DNA from: an uncultured Planctomycetaceae bacterium
GTDB lineage: Bacteria > Planctomycetota > Planctomycetia > Planctomycetales > Planctomycetaceae
Reading direction: 5' to 3'
Assembly (NCBI GenBank): GCA_963813715.1
Contig: CAWFAK010000007.1
Location: 160,001-224,000 of the forward strand
DNA: 64,000 nt
Shown one piece after another: positions 1-9,981 of the stretch. Numbering within the stretch: the stretch's first letter is position 1; each line of letters begins with the position of its first letter. The position numbers and the translations under genes were made by a program. The notes under the pieces were generated by a model, which worked only from the letters and a program-made list of their open reading frames with translations, did not search any database and was not told the DNA's origin.

Positions 1-3000
1 GTGACTTCGGCTTTCGCAACCGATCGCTTCGGCGATGACGCCCGTCGCGGCGATCCCGACGATTTCTGGCGCGGCTACGAAGTTCGCATTGCCGGTGCCG
101 GATCCCAAACACACGCGCGCCGGGTCACAGCCTTTGACGGCACAGCCGGAATCTTTACGCTCGATCCGCGTCTGCCTCGGCCGCTCGAAACCGGGCACGC
201 GCTACGAACTGGCCTCTGGCGAAGACGCCCCGCTGCTGGCGATTCGCCAGGTCCTCGGACTGCCACTCGACCAACCGCTGCCGCCCTTGGTGGTGAAGCT
301 CGGCACAACGCGGGGCACCAACGCCCTGCTGACGCGGACCGGGGCTCGGACCGCCTTCGTCACGACACGGGGCTTCGCCGACGTGCTCAAGATCGCCAAC
401 CAGGACCGTCCCCGGCTGTTTGATCTGGAAATCCACAAGCCCGAGCCGCTCTTTGCCGCCGTCGTCGAGATCGACGAACGTCTCGACGCCTTCGGCACCG
501 TGCTGCGGGCCCCCCGACTGGACGAAGTCCGCCAGTCGCTGGCTCCGCTTGCGTGAGGAAGGCATCGAGTCCTTGGCGATCTGCCTGTTGCATGCGTTTG
601 CCAACTCGGCTCACGAGGAGTTGGTCGAACAAGTTGCGCGGGAGGTTGGCTTTAGCGAGATCAGCCGTTCGAGCCGACTTGCACCGCTGATCAAGATCGT
701 CTCGCGGGGCGATACGACGGTCGTCGACGCCTACCTCAACCCGGTGCTGCGTTCCTACGTGGAGCGGTTGCATCGGGCGCTCGGCACCGGCCGGCTCAAG
801 CTGATGACGTCGGCCGGCGGACTCGTCGACGCCACTCGCTTCGTCGGCAAGGACAGCATCCTGTCGGGTCCGGCGGGCGGCGTCATCGGCTTTTCCCGCG
901 TGGCGCAGCGGGCCGGCTTCGAGCGGTCGATCGGCTTCGACATGGGTGGCACCAGCACCGACGTCTCGCGTTTTGCCGGCGAGTACGAGCGGGAATACGA
1001 GGTGCAAAAGGCGGGCGTCCGCATCGTCGCCCCCATGCTGGCCGTCGAAACCGTCGCGGCCGGCGGCGGCAGCATCTGCGACTTCGACGCCGTCAAACTT
1101 GTTGTCGGCCCAGCGAGCGCCGGCGCCGACCCGGGTCCGGCCTGCTACGGTCGCGGCGGCCCGCTCACCGTCACCGACGCCAATCTGCTGCTGGGTAAGC
1201 TCCCACCGAACCACTTTCCGTTTCCCCTCGATTACGAGGCGGCCAGGCAACGGATCGGTGACCTGTGCGAGCGGATCGCGTCGGCGGAGAACGGCCGGCG
1301 GCTGTCGGTGACGGAGCTGGCGCAGGGCTTCATCGACGTCGCCAACGCGAACATGGCCCGGGCCATCCATCGCATCTCTGTCGCCAAGGGATACGACCCC
1401 GCCGACTACGTGCTGGTCGCTTTCGGCGGAGCGGGCGGGCAACACGCCTGCGCCGTCGCTCGCGAGCTGGGCATCCGCCAGATCCTGATCTCGCCGCAGG
1501 CCGGCGTGCTGAGTGCTTACGGCATCGGTCTGGCCGACGTGCGCCGCTACGGCGAGCGGTCGGTGCTGCAATCGTATTCCACAGAAACACTTGCCGCGCT
1601 CGAGCCGATCTGGCAGGAATTGGAAGACAAAAACCGGCAGGACGTTCTCGCAGATGGCGTGGCTGCGGCCAACATCAGCCCGCCGCTGCGGTCGCTCGAC
1701 ATGCGGTATCGCGGCGTCGAGGCGACGCTGAATGTCGCGACTCCCACCGACGGGGATTTCGCCGCACGCTACGAGCAACTGCACGAGCAGCTCTACGGCT
1801 ACCGTCACGCCGGCCGTCCGATCGAGGTCACGGCCGCTCGCGTCGAAGTCGTCGGCTCCTTGCCCGCCCCGGAAGAGCCGGTCGCCGAGACCGTCCCGAG
1901 AAGCGCGCAGCCGCGGACGACAACAGACGTGATCTTCGCTGGCCACCCGCAGCCCACCGCCGTTTTCCTCCGCGACGATCTGCGACCCGGCGACGAATTC
2001 GACGGCCCGGCCATCGTCTGCGAGCCGACGTCGACCGTCGTGGTCGATCCCGGATTCCAGGCGCGGCTGCTGGCTCGGGGCGAACTGCTGCTCACTGACG
2101 TCCGGCGCCCGCAAACATCCAACCTTTCGACCGACGTCGATCCGATCCAACTGGAGATCTTCAACAATCTGTTCGCCTCGATCGCCGAACAGATGGGGAC
2201 CACCCTCGAGCGCACGGCCATCTCGACGAATGTGAAGGAACGCCGCGACTTCAGCTGCGCGATCTTTTCGGCCACGGGCCAACTGGTCGTCAACGCGCCG
2301 CATATCCCGGTGCACCTGGGGGCGATGGGCGAAACCGTCAAACACATCCTGTCCGAGGTCGGGCCAATCGCCCCGGGAGACGTCTTCGTCACCAACGATC
2401 CGTACCGCGGCGGGTCGCACTTGCCGGACGTCACCGTCGTCACGCCGGTGCACGACCCGCGCACGGGCGCGCTCTTGTTCGCAACGGCCAGCCGCGCCCA
2501 TCACGCGGAGATTGGCGGAATCGTACCGGGAAGCATGCCGCCGTTCTCCCGCGTGCTCGGCGACGAGGGTGTGCTCATCAGCGATTTCAAACTGGTCGAT
2601 CGCGGCCAGTCGCGCGAGGACGACCTGCGGCAGCTCCTGCTCGCCGGCCCGCATCCCACCCGCAACGTCCATGACAATCTCACCGACATCGCCGCGCAGG
2701 TTGCCGCGAACGCCATTGGGGCCAACCAGCTCCGCCGGCTGGTCGAGCGCTACTCGCTGCCGGTCGTCGCGGCTTACATGGAGCACATTCAGCAAGCGGC
2801 CGCGCGGAAGATGCGATCCGCCCTTTCGCGGATCCCGGACGGCGTCTATTCCCGCACCGATCATCTCGACGATGGTTCCCCCATCTGCGTAGCGATCAGG
2901 AAGACCGGAGACCGCGCGGTCGTCGACTTCACCGGCACCGGTCCGGTGTTGCCGACGAACCTGAATGCGAATCGGGCCATCGTGACGGCCGCCGTACTGT

Positions 3001-3680
3001 ACGTCTTTCGCTGCCTGATCAATGAAGACATCCCGCTCAATGGCGGCGTGCTCGAGCCGGTCGAGATCGTGCTGCCGCGGTGCCTGCTCAATCCCGAGCC
3101 CGCAGTCGACCCCGCACAATCTCCGGCCGTCGTCGGCGGCAACGTCGAAACGTCGCAACGCGTGGTCGACACGTTGTTGGGCGCGCTGGGGGCGGCGGCC
3201 AGCCAGGGGACGATGAATAATCTGACCTTCGGTGACGGCTCCTTCGGTTATTACGAAACGATCTGCGGCGGCAGCGGCGCGACAGCCAACGCCCCCGGAG
3301 CCGACGCCGTCCATACGCACATGACCAATACACGGCTGACCGATCCGGAAGTCATCGAACGCCGTTATCCAGTGCGCGTCCATGAGTTTTGTATCCGCCG
3401 GGGCTCGGGCGGCGCCGGCCACCACCGCGGTGGCGACGGCGTCGTCCGGCGCTTGGAATTTCTGCGGCCGCTCACCCTTTCGATGCTCTCGGAACGCCGC
3501 GAGCGTTTCGCCCCCTTCGGCCTCAATGGGGGCCAAGAGGGAGTCAAAGGACGCAATACCCTCCAGCGTGCCGGTTCCGAAGAAGTCGACGACGTCGGCG
3601 GAAAGTTCGCCCTCGAAGTCCAGCCGGGTGACGTGCTCACGATCGAGACGCCGGGCGGCGGCGGATTCGGCGCCGCGTAG
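1..3680 (+). CDS. Hydantoinase A/B fusion, 5-oxoprolinase (ATP-hydrolysing) family; 5' end probably outside the window; two apparent frameshifts (~195, ~547)
   Basis: Three ORF pieces join: 1..423 (N-terminal part), 35..556 (LGTTRGTNALLTRTG, TTRGFADVL, QDRPRLFDL) and 420..3680 (SGPAGG, FDMGGTSTD, VAAGGGS, GPASAGADPGPACYGRGG; B domain NVKERRDFSCA, HIPVHLGAM, NDPYRGGSHLPD, GNVETSQR, HTHMTNT, TPGGGGFG). Confidence 0.9.
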
Positions 3681-3879
3681 CTTTGCTCCAAGCTGCGACC
3701 GCCGTCATACCACAACCGTGCCCAATCGATCTCAGTCAGCCACACATGACGAACTGTCGCCGTTTCGTTAGCCTAAGGCGCAGAAAGTGATCCCCGACCA
3801 ACAACCACACAATCTCTGAAGGAGCCGCGCACGAACTCAGCGATGCGCGAAAACCTTCTGCTACGGAATAGGAGCCCCC

Positions 3880-4419
3880 ATGGCCGGCAACCGTAAAGCC
3901 GACGTCGATGCCGCTGTTAAGGAAATCGATTTCGACAAGAACAGCTACCAGATCGAGCTCGACACCTCGCTGGGCAAGATCCTGCTCGATCTCGACGGTC
4001 AGTCCGCTCCCGGCCACGTCAAGAACATGATCGGGCTTGCGAAGATCGGCTTCTACGACGGTGTCCTTTTTCATCGGATCATCCGCGGCTTCATGATCCA
4101 AGGCGGCTGCCCCCTCGGCACGGGGACGGGAGACGCCGGCTACAAAATCAAGGCTGAATTCAACGCCACGCCCCACGAGGCGGGCGTGCTGTCGATGGCC
4201 CGCGCCACCGACCCAAACTCGGCCGGCTCGCAGTTCTTCATCTGCCTCGACCGCCATACCCACCTCGATCGCCAATACACGGCCTTCGGCAAAACGGCCG
4301 ACGCCGCCAGCCTGGCTGTCGTCAAAAAGATCGGCGAAGTCAAAACCGACGGCCGCGACCGACCGGTGAGCGACGTGACGATCAAATCCGCCCGGGTGAT
4401 CGCCAAGCCGAAGGCGTAG
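3880..4419 (+). CDS. Cyclophilin-type peptidyl-prolyl cis-trans isomerase
   Basis: FYDGVLFHRIIRGFMIQGGCP, GVLSMARA, SAGSQFFI, HLDRQYTAFG; AGGAG RBS before the ATG. Confidence 0.95.
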   Translation: MAGNRKADVDAAVKEIDFDKNSYQIELDTSLGKILLDLDGQSAPGHVKNMIGLAKIGFYDGVLFHRIIRGFMIQGGCPLGTGTGDAGYKIKAEFNATPHEAGVLSMARATDPNSAGSQFFICLDRHTHLDRQYTAFGKTADAASLAVVKKIGEVKTDGRDRPVSDVTIKSARVIAKPKA

Positions 4420-4439
4420 AACCCTTAGGCGGAGGAACT

Positions 4440-5000
4440 CCCAAACGTGTCCGGGCCCGCGTCCCGCGCAGTCGGGCGGGGTTTGACCGCTTCGCGATTT
4501 GGTTCAACGGGCTCGAGGGATGTGGGCACGAGCCGTGTCCCCGAGTCCCGTCCCAATTCAATCCCGTCCCGTCCGCGGGTCCCTTTCCAGGAAGGTGTCC
4601 GGACCGGACCTTGGTCCGCCATAAGTCATTGCCGGGCAGAGACTACGGCCGGACTCCTTCGATTCGACCGGAGGAGACCGGAGCCGGGACCAAGTCCGAC
4701 TCCCGACCTGGTGTCCCAACCATTCGAGTCCCCGTCCCCGATCAGCCTGCTTGCACTGGGCCTTGGACTCATTTGATGTCTGTCCCAATCAATCCCGTCC
4801 CAAGGTCCGAGTCCCGTCCCGCCTTTGGTCCCTTTCCACGAAAGTGTCCGGACCGTTGTGCCGCCCTGATCCGTTGGCGGAACCGACCTTGGACTTTTGA
4901 GTCGGGACGTTGGACTCGCCGGCCCCCTGCCGGCGCGTGTCCTGTCCCAGCCCCAGTCCCGACAAAACACGAGTCCCGTCCCGTCGTGTTGCGGCCAAAG
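4440..5000. repeat. GTCC(C)-rich non-coding region with internal duplications
   Basis: 29-bp repeat with 2 mismatches at 4578-4606 and 4827-4855; GAGTCCCGTCCC at 4543, 4809, 4971; AATCCCGTCCC at 4560 and 4791; the same words recur at 62437-62565. Confidence 0.7.
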
Positions 5001-5246
5001 TGAGTCAAACTGACTCGCGGAGCGTGTCGGCCGAACGGCGCGCAATCGCTGCGCCGGCATTCGTCCCTTTCGGACGCGCCCGCTCTTATTGTCCGCGCGT
5101 CCGCATTTGGAACTAGACCGAGTTTCTACGGCCCTGGAACTCAATCGAAGAATTTATTTGAAGCAACTTCGCCAAGGGTGGCGCCTCGGTCCACGGTCAC
5201 GGGACGCTTGATGACTCGCCCAAACGGAGCGTGCACTGCAGCTCTC

Positions 5247-5967
5247 CTAACGCAGAGCACTGACTGACCGGCCAGCGGCCTGCGAAATCTTCGCCTTCCG
5301 GCGGTGGGCATCGCCGACGTATTGCTGCTCGCGGTTCTCGGGCTTGAGCATTTCGGCCACGGCGTATTCGTCCGGATTGGCGTCGAACATCTCGCGGAGG
5401 ATCGGATTCTCGTCGAAGCAATCGACGAAGTAGTTCCACCAAGTGTTCCATTCGCCAGTGTCGGGCCGCAGAGTCTCCCGCTGCGCGTAGGCCGTATCCA
5501 TGAAGTCGGCCAGCGCCTCCACACCGATCAGAACCAAGGCCTGCTCTTCGGCACTCGCCTTGTCGAACCGAGCCTTCACCCGGTCGCTGTGCTCCTTCGC
5601 AGACAACTTCGAGTCTGGACGTTTCTTGAAGTAATCGTACAGGCTCGGATGATCCTGCAAGAACCGCGTGGTTGTGTTGACCTGCGTATAAAAGGTGGCG
5701 GACTGCTGGTTCTGAAAGGCCCGCACGAATTGATCCAGGTGTTTGCGTTGCACATCGAGCTGGCGCTGAAATCGCTCTCGCTCCTCGGCGCTGGCGTTGG
5801 TCTGCGCAGCGATCTGTTCCTTGAGTTGCGTGTTTTGCACGCTGAAGGCTTCATACGCGACGGCCAGGGCGGCAAGCGTGGCCAGCGAGCCCAACACGGT
5901 TCCCCATTGGCGCAGAGGCTGGCGTGCTCGTTGACTCGAATCACAATCGCGCGAAAGCGCCGCATCA
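5247..5967 (-). CDS. Hypothetical protein with N-terminal membrane anchor and coiled coil; apparent frameshift near 5905
   Basis: 216-aa ORF 5247..5897; an ATG at 5967 with GGAG RBS in another frame (MMRRFRAIVIRV...) joins it to give a plausible N-terminus. Confidence 0.65.
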
Positions 5968-6061
5968 TCTGCCTGCTCCTTGCAAAAGCGTGAGTCGAAC
6001 TCGAATTTGCGAACAGACTAACGCCGATCAGTCGTGGACTTGAGCGTGGTATAGTAACGCA

Positions 6062-6855
6062 ATGGTTGAACGATCGGCTTTTTCGACGGGCCAGCAAGTC
6101 CGTCTCGCATGTCGGCGCAAGGCTTCACCAGCCAGACGTCCGGACTGGCGGAAGGGTTCGCACAGGCGAACCTGGTTGTGCTGCCGGCTGCGGTCGCCGC
6201 GGACTTTCAAGAATTCTGCCGCCGCAATCCGAAGCCTTGTCCGCTGTTGGACGTCACCGAGCCGGGCAATCCGGTGCCGGCGCGTTTGGCGGCCGACGCC
6301 GATCTGCGGACCGACTTGCCTCGCTATCGCGTCTGGAAGAACGGAGAGCTGGCGGGCGAAGTCACCGATCTCGTGGACCTGTGGCGCGACGACTTCGTGA
6401 GCTTTTTGATCGGCTGCTCGTTCACCTTCGAGGCCGCCCTGGTCCGCGCGGGACTTGCCGTGCGACACCTCGACTTGGGCGTCAACGTGGCCATGTATCG
6501 CACCAATCGACCGTGCGTGAGTGCCGGCCCGTTTCGCGGCCCGCTCGTCGTGTCGATGCGTCCCTTCAAGCCGGCCGACGCCATTCGGGCCGTGCAGATC
6601 ACGTCGCGCTACCCGGCCGTGCACGGAGCGCCCGTTCACATCGGCATGCCGGGCGATCTGGGAATCGGCGATCTGGCCCGGCCCGACTACGGTGACGTTG
6701 TGCCCGTCGCGGCCGACGAGTTGCCCGTGTTTTGGGCCTGCGGCGTCACACCGCAAGCAGTCCTCGCGTCGGCCCGTTTGCCGCTGGCGATAACGCACAG
6801 CCCGGGCTGCATGTTCGTCAGCGACGTGCACGACGAATCGCTGGCGACATTTTGA
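6062..6855 (+). CDS. DUF1445 family putative hydro-lyase (D-glutamate cyclase-like); apparent frameshift near 6120
   Basis: [78 protein letters not shown]-terminus (QVRLACR) lies in the frame starting at 6062. Confidence 0.9.
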
Positions 6856-6887
6856 CGGCGCCGCGATCGGACGTTTTCGGCGAGCAC

Positions 6888-6981
6888 GTAGGGCAAGCTG
6901 CCAGCTTGCCCGTAGACCGCTACTTCCGGCCGCAAAGCCCACTGCAACCGAGACAGCGGGCAAGCTGGTAGCTCGCCCTAC
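6888..6981. repeat. Inverted pair of GTAG-type REP palindromes (REPIN-like)
   Basis: GTAGGGCAAGCTGCCAGCTTGCCC (6888-6911) and its near reverse complement GGGCAAGCTGGTAGCTCGCCCTAC (6958-6981). Confidence 0.8.
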
Positions 6982-7065
6982 TTGAGCGCATTCGTCGACG
7001 ACGGACCATAGAATTGCCTCTCGGGGCAGCTCCTCAAGTTTGCGAGATCATCCTTGGTAATCACG

Positions 7066-8013
7066 ATGCGTTACGACCTGAATCTGCGAGCGGCCCAACT
7101 CGTCGAGCGGGTCGCCACGAGCGCCGACGACTTCCGCATTCGCAGCTCAACGGTCGAAGAGGCCCAGGTTCTGGACTTCGGCGTCCGCACCGAAGGAGGG
7201 CTCGACGCAGGGCAGGCGCTCGCGGAGATCTGCATGGCCGGATTGGGCTGGGTCTCGATCCAGGCGTCCGACCTGCTCGATGGGAGCTGGCCGCACGTGT
7301 TTGTCACGACCGATCACCCGGTGGCCGCCTGTCTGCTGTCGCAATACGCGGGCTGGCAGGTCAACGTCGATCGGTTCTTCGCGATGGGTTCGGGGCCGAT
7401 GCGGGCGGCCTACGCGCGGGAGCCGATCTTTACGAAGCTCGATTACCGCGAATCTCCGGGCGAGGTGGTCGGCGTTCTCGAAGGACGCAAGCTGCCCGAC
7501 GCGTCCGTGGTCCGTTATCTCTGCGAGCGCACGGGAGTCACCTCCGACCGGCTGAGGCTGTTGGTCGCGCCGACGGCCAGCCAGGCCGGCAACGTGCAGA
7601 TCGCCGCCCGCTCGGTCGAGACGGCCCTGCACAAGCTGGCCGAGCTGGGTTTCGACGTGCAGCAAGTCAAAAGCGCCTGCGGGAGCGCTCCGCTGCCGCC
7701 CGTCGCGGCCGACGACATGGCTGCGATCGGCCGCACGAACGACGCCATCTTGTACGGCGCCCGCGTCACGCTCTGGGTTCGGGGAGACGACGCGGCCCTC
7801 GCCGCCATCGGCCCCAAAGTGCCGGCTAACTCGTCGCCGGCCTTCGGCAAGCCTTTCGCCGAGGTGTTCGAGGCGGCCGGCCGAGATTTCTACAAGATCG
7901 ACCCGCATCTCTTCAGCCCGGCTGAGATCACGTTCTGCAACCTCGAGACGGGCAAGGTCCAGCGTTTCGGCAAAACTCAGCCCGAAATCCTGCGGACCTC
8001 CTTCGGCCTGTGA
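7066..8013 (+). CDS. mch: Methenyltetrahydromethanopterin cyclohydrolase
   Basis: GGLDAG..LAEICMAGLG, TDHPVAACLLSQYAGW, FAMGSGPMRA, APTASQAGNVQIAARSVETALHK, GRTNDAILYG, DFYKIDPHLFSPA. Confidence 0.95.
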   Translation: MRYDLNLRAAQLVERVATSADDFRIRSSTVEEAQVLDFGVRTEGGLDAGQALAEICMAGLGWVSIQASDLLDGSWPHVFVTTDHPVAACLLSQYAGWQVNVDRFFAMGSGPMRAAYAREPIFTKLDYRESPGEVVGVLEGRKLPDASVVRYLCERTGVTSDRLRLLVAPTASQAGNVQIAARSVETALHKLAELGFDVQQVKSACGSAPLPPVAADDMAAIGRTNDAILYGARVTLWVRGDDAALAAIGPKVPANSSPAFGKPFAEVFEAAGRDFYKIDPHLFSPAEITFCNLETGKVQRFGKTQPEILRTSFGL

Positions 8014-8056
8014 GCGGGGTGGCCGGTTCAGCGCTGGCGGGGCGGTGCAAACGAAC

Positions 8057-8932
8057 ATGAAGATCGCGATCCTCGCCAAGCCGCAGAGCTGGTACTACCG
8101 CGACTTGTCGCGCGCGGCCGCCGAGCGCGGACACCGCTGCTGGCGCATCGATTTTCCCAAGCTCGTTGCGTCGCTCGGAGCCTCGAGAACCGGGCTGACT
8201 GCTGGAGACGAGGAGCTTTCATCGTTCGACGCGGTGATCGTCCGCACGATGCCTCCCGGTTCGCTCGAGCAGGTTGTCTTTCGCATGGACGCGCTCTGGC
8301 GGCTCGAGGCGGCCGGCGTCTGTGTGCTCAATCCGCCCAAGGCGATCGAATGCGCGGTCGACAAGTACCTCGCCAGTGCGCGTCTCGAGCGGGCCGGACT
8401 GACCGTTCCGTCCACCGTGGTCTGCGAACGGGCCGACGACGCGCTGGCCGCGTTCGAGCGGCTAGAGGGCGACGTCGTGATAAAACCCCTCTTCGGCTCC
8501 GAGGGGCGCGGCATCGTCCGCGTGAGCGATCCGGAAATGGCCCTTCGTGCCTGCCGCACGCTGGAACGCCTGGGGGCCGTTCTTTACCTGCAGCGGTTCA
8601 TCGAGAACGAGGGTTTCGACATCCGCGTGCTCGTGCTCGACGGCCGCGTGCTAGGAGGCATTCGGCGGCGCGCCAACGGCGACTTTCGCGCAAACGTCTC
8701 CTGCCGCGGCACCGCCGAGCCGCACGAAATCACCGAGCGCGAGGCCGCGTGCGCGATCGCCGCTACCCGAGCCACCGACGCGAGTTTCGCGGGCGTCGAC
8801 CTGCTTTACGGCCGCGACGGCACCTGTTATGTCATCGAAGTCAACGCGGTGCCCGGTTGGCAGGCGTTTGGCCGCGTCACCGGCATCGACGTCGCGGCCG
8901 AAGTGATCGCCCGACTCGAAGACCGCGGCTGA
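8057..8932 (+). CDS. RimK-family ATP-grasp alpha-L-glutamate ligase (Orf5/MptN-like, C1 cofactor polyglutamylation)
   Basis: VRTMPPGSLEQVVFRMDAL, VDKY, VIKPLFGSEGRG, YLQRFI, DIRVLV, EVNAVPGW; directly follows mch. Confidence 0.9.
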   Translation: MKIAILAKPQSWYYRDLSRAAAERGHRCWRIDFPKLVASLGASRTGLTAGDEELSSFDAVIVRTMPPGSLEQVVFRMDALWRLEAAGVCVLNPPKAIECAVDKYLASARLERAGLTVPSTVVCERADDALAAFERLEGDVVIKPLFGSEGRGIVRVSDPEMALRACRTLERLGAVLYLQRFIENEGFDIRVLVLDGRVLGGIRRRANGDFRANVSCRGTAEPHEITEREAACAIAATRATDASFAGVDLLYGRDGTCYVIEVNAVPGWQAFGRVTGIDVAAEVIARLEDRG

Positions 8933-9011
8933 CTGCACTCGTCGTGGTCCCAGTGCTGGCAGCGTTTTGGACCCAACCGCCAATTTGCTGGTTGAGTGTA
9001 GGAACGAATTG

Positions 9012-9941
9012 ATGGACGTTGCGGAAGTGACCAACAGCCTGGCCCGACATCTGCCGGGCGTGCTTCGCTGGTGCGGTGCGCTGGCGAAGAGCTTGCGCGG
9101 GCACAACATCGCGCTGTCGGGCAAGCACAGCGGCAGCGCCAACACCGACGCGCTGACGCTCGCCGATCTCACGATCCAGGAGCTGATTGTCGCCGCTCTC
9201 CGCGATGCCGACCCCGTGCTGCGGACGTGCCGCATCGAAGCCGAGGAAGGAACCGGCGACCTCGCGCGTTTCGCCCGCGAGAGCGACCTCGTGCTGTCGA
9301 TCGATCCGATCGACGGCACCAAACAGTATCGCGACCGGACCGGCAACGGCTATGCCGTGATGCTGCATCTCCGCAACCGACAGACGGTGCTCTATTCGCT
9401 CGTCTTCGTGCCCGAGTGCGGCCCGCAGGGCACGTGGGTCGAAGTGCACGACAGCCGCATTCTCACCGGTCCCGACGATTCCAGCCGCCCGGCCCGCCAA
9501 GTGCTCGATGCTCTGCGGCCAGTCGATCGCGCCCGTCTGCCCGAGTCGAAAAAAATCTACGTCATCGGCTTTCAGACGCGCGATCCCGAGCGGGCCAGCG
9601 ACCTGGCGTCGGTCGGCCTCGAAGGACACACGTCAGAGACGATGGACGGCAGCATCTACGAATTGCTGGCCCGGGGCGCATACGGCGGATCGCTGATTCA
9701 CTCGCCCAACGTTTACGACTTCCCGGTCTCCCTGCAGATTGCCCGCGCGCTCGGCGGCGACGCGGTCTGGGTGCACAACCGCGAGAGCGTCCATTTCGGC
9801 CAGACGTGGATCGACGAACGCGCGAACATGATTCGGCTACCGGGAATCGTCGCCTGCAGTCCGTCGCGGGCGACGCTCGACAAACTCTGTGATCTGGCCC
9901 GCGACTGGAACCCGAACCGCTATCCGCCCGAAGGTTCGTAA
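9012..9941 (+). CDS. Inositol monophosphatase/FIG superfamily metal-dependent phosphatase
   Basis: TLADLTIQE, EAEE, IDPIDGT, and NVYD where the family usually has WD. Confidence 0.8.
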   Translation: MDVAEVTNSLARHLPGVLRWCGALAKSLRGHNIALSGKHSGSANTDALTLADLTIQELIVAALRDADPVLRTCRIEAEEGTGDLARFARESDLVLSIDPIDGTKQYRDRTGNGYAVMLHLRNRQTVLYSLVFVPECGPQGTWVEVHDSRILTGPDDSSRPARQVLDALRPVDRARLPESKKIYVIGFQTRDPERASDLASVGLEGHTSETMDGSIYELLARGAYGGSLIHSPNVYDFPVSLQIARALGGDAVWVHNRESVHFGQTWIDERANMIRLPGIVACSPSRATLDKLCDLARDWNPNRYPPEGS

Positions 9942-9981
9942 GCCCGGCGAGCTACCGTTACGACCCGTTCCGTTCCAGCCG

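Noticed and set aside
1..3680. Methanofuran biosynthesis MfnF/Orf9
   Set aside because: This is a full A+B oxoprolinase fusion, far longer than the single-domain MfnF-type proteins.
4440..5000. CRISPR array
   Set aside because: Only two 29-bp copies 249 bp apart, irregular spacing, no cas genes.
4425..5144. Short ORFs across the GTCC-rich region
   Set aside because: Low-complexity translations of the repeats in every frame, with no convincing RBS or domain.
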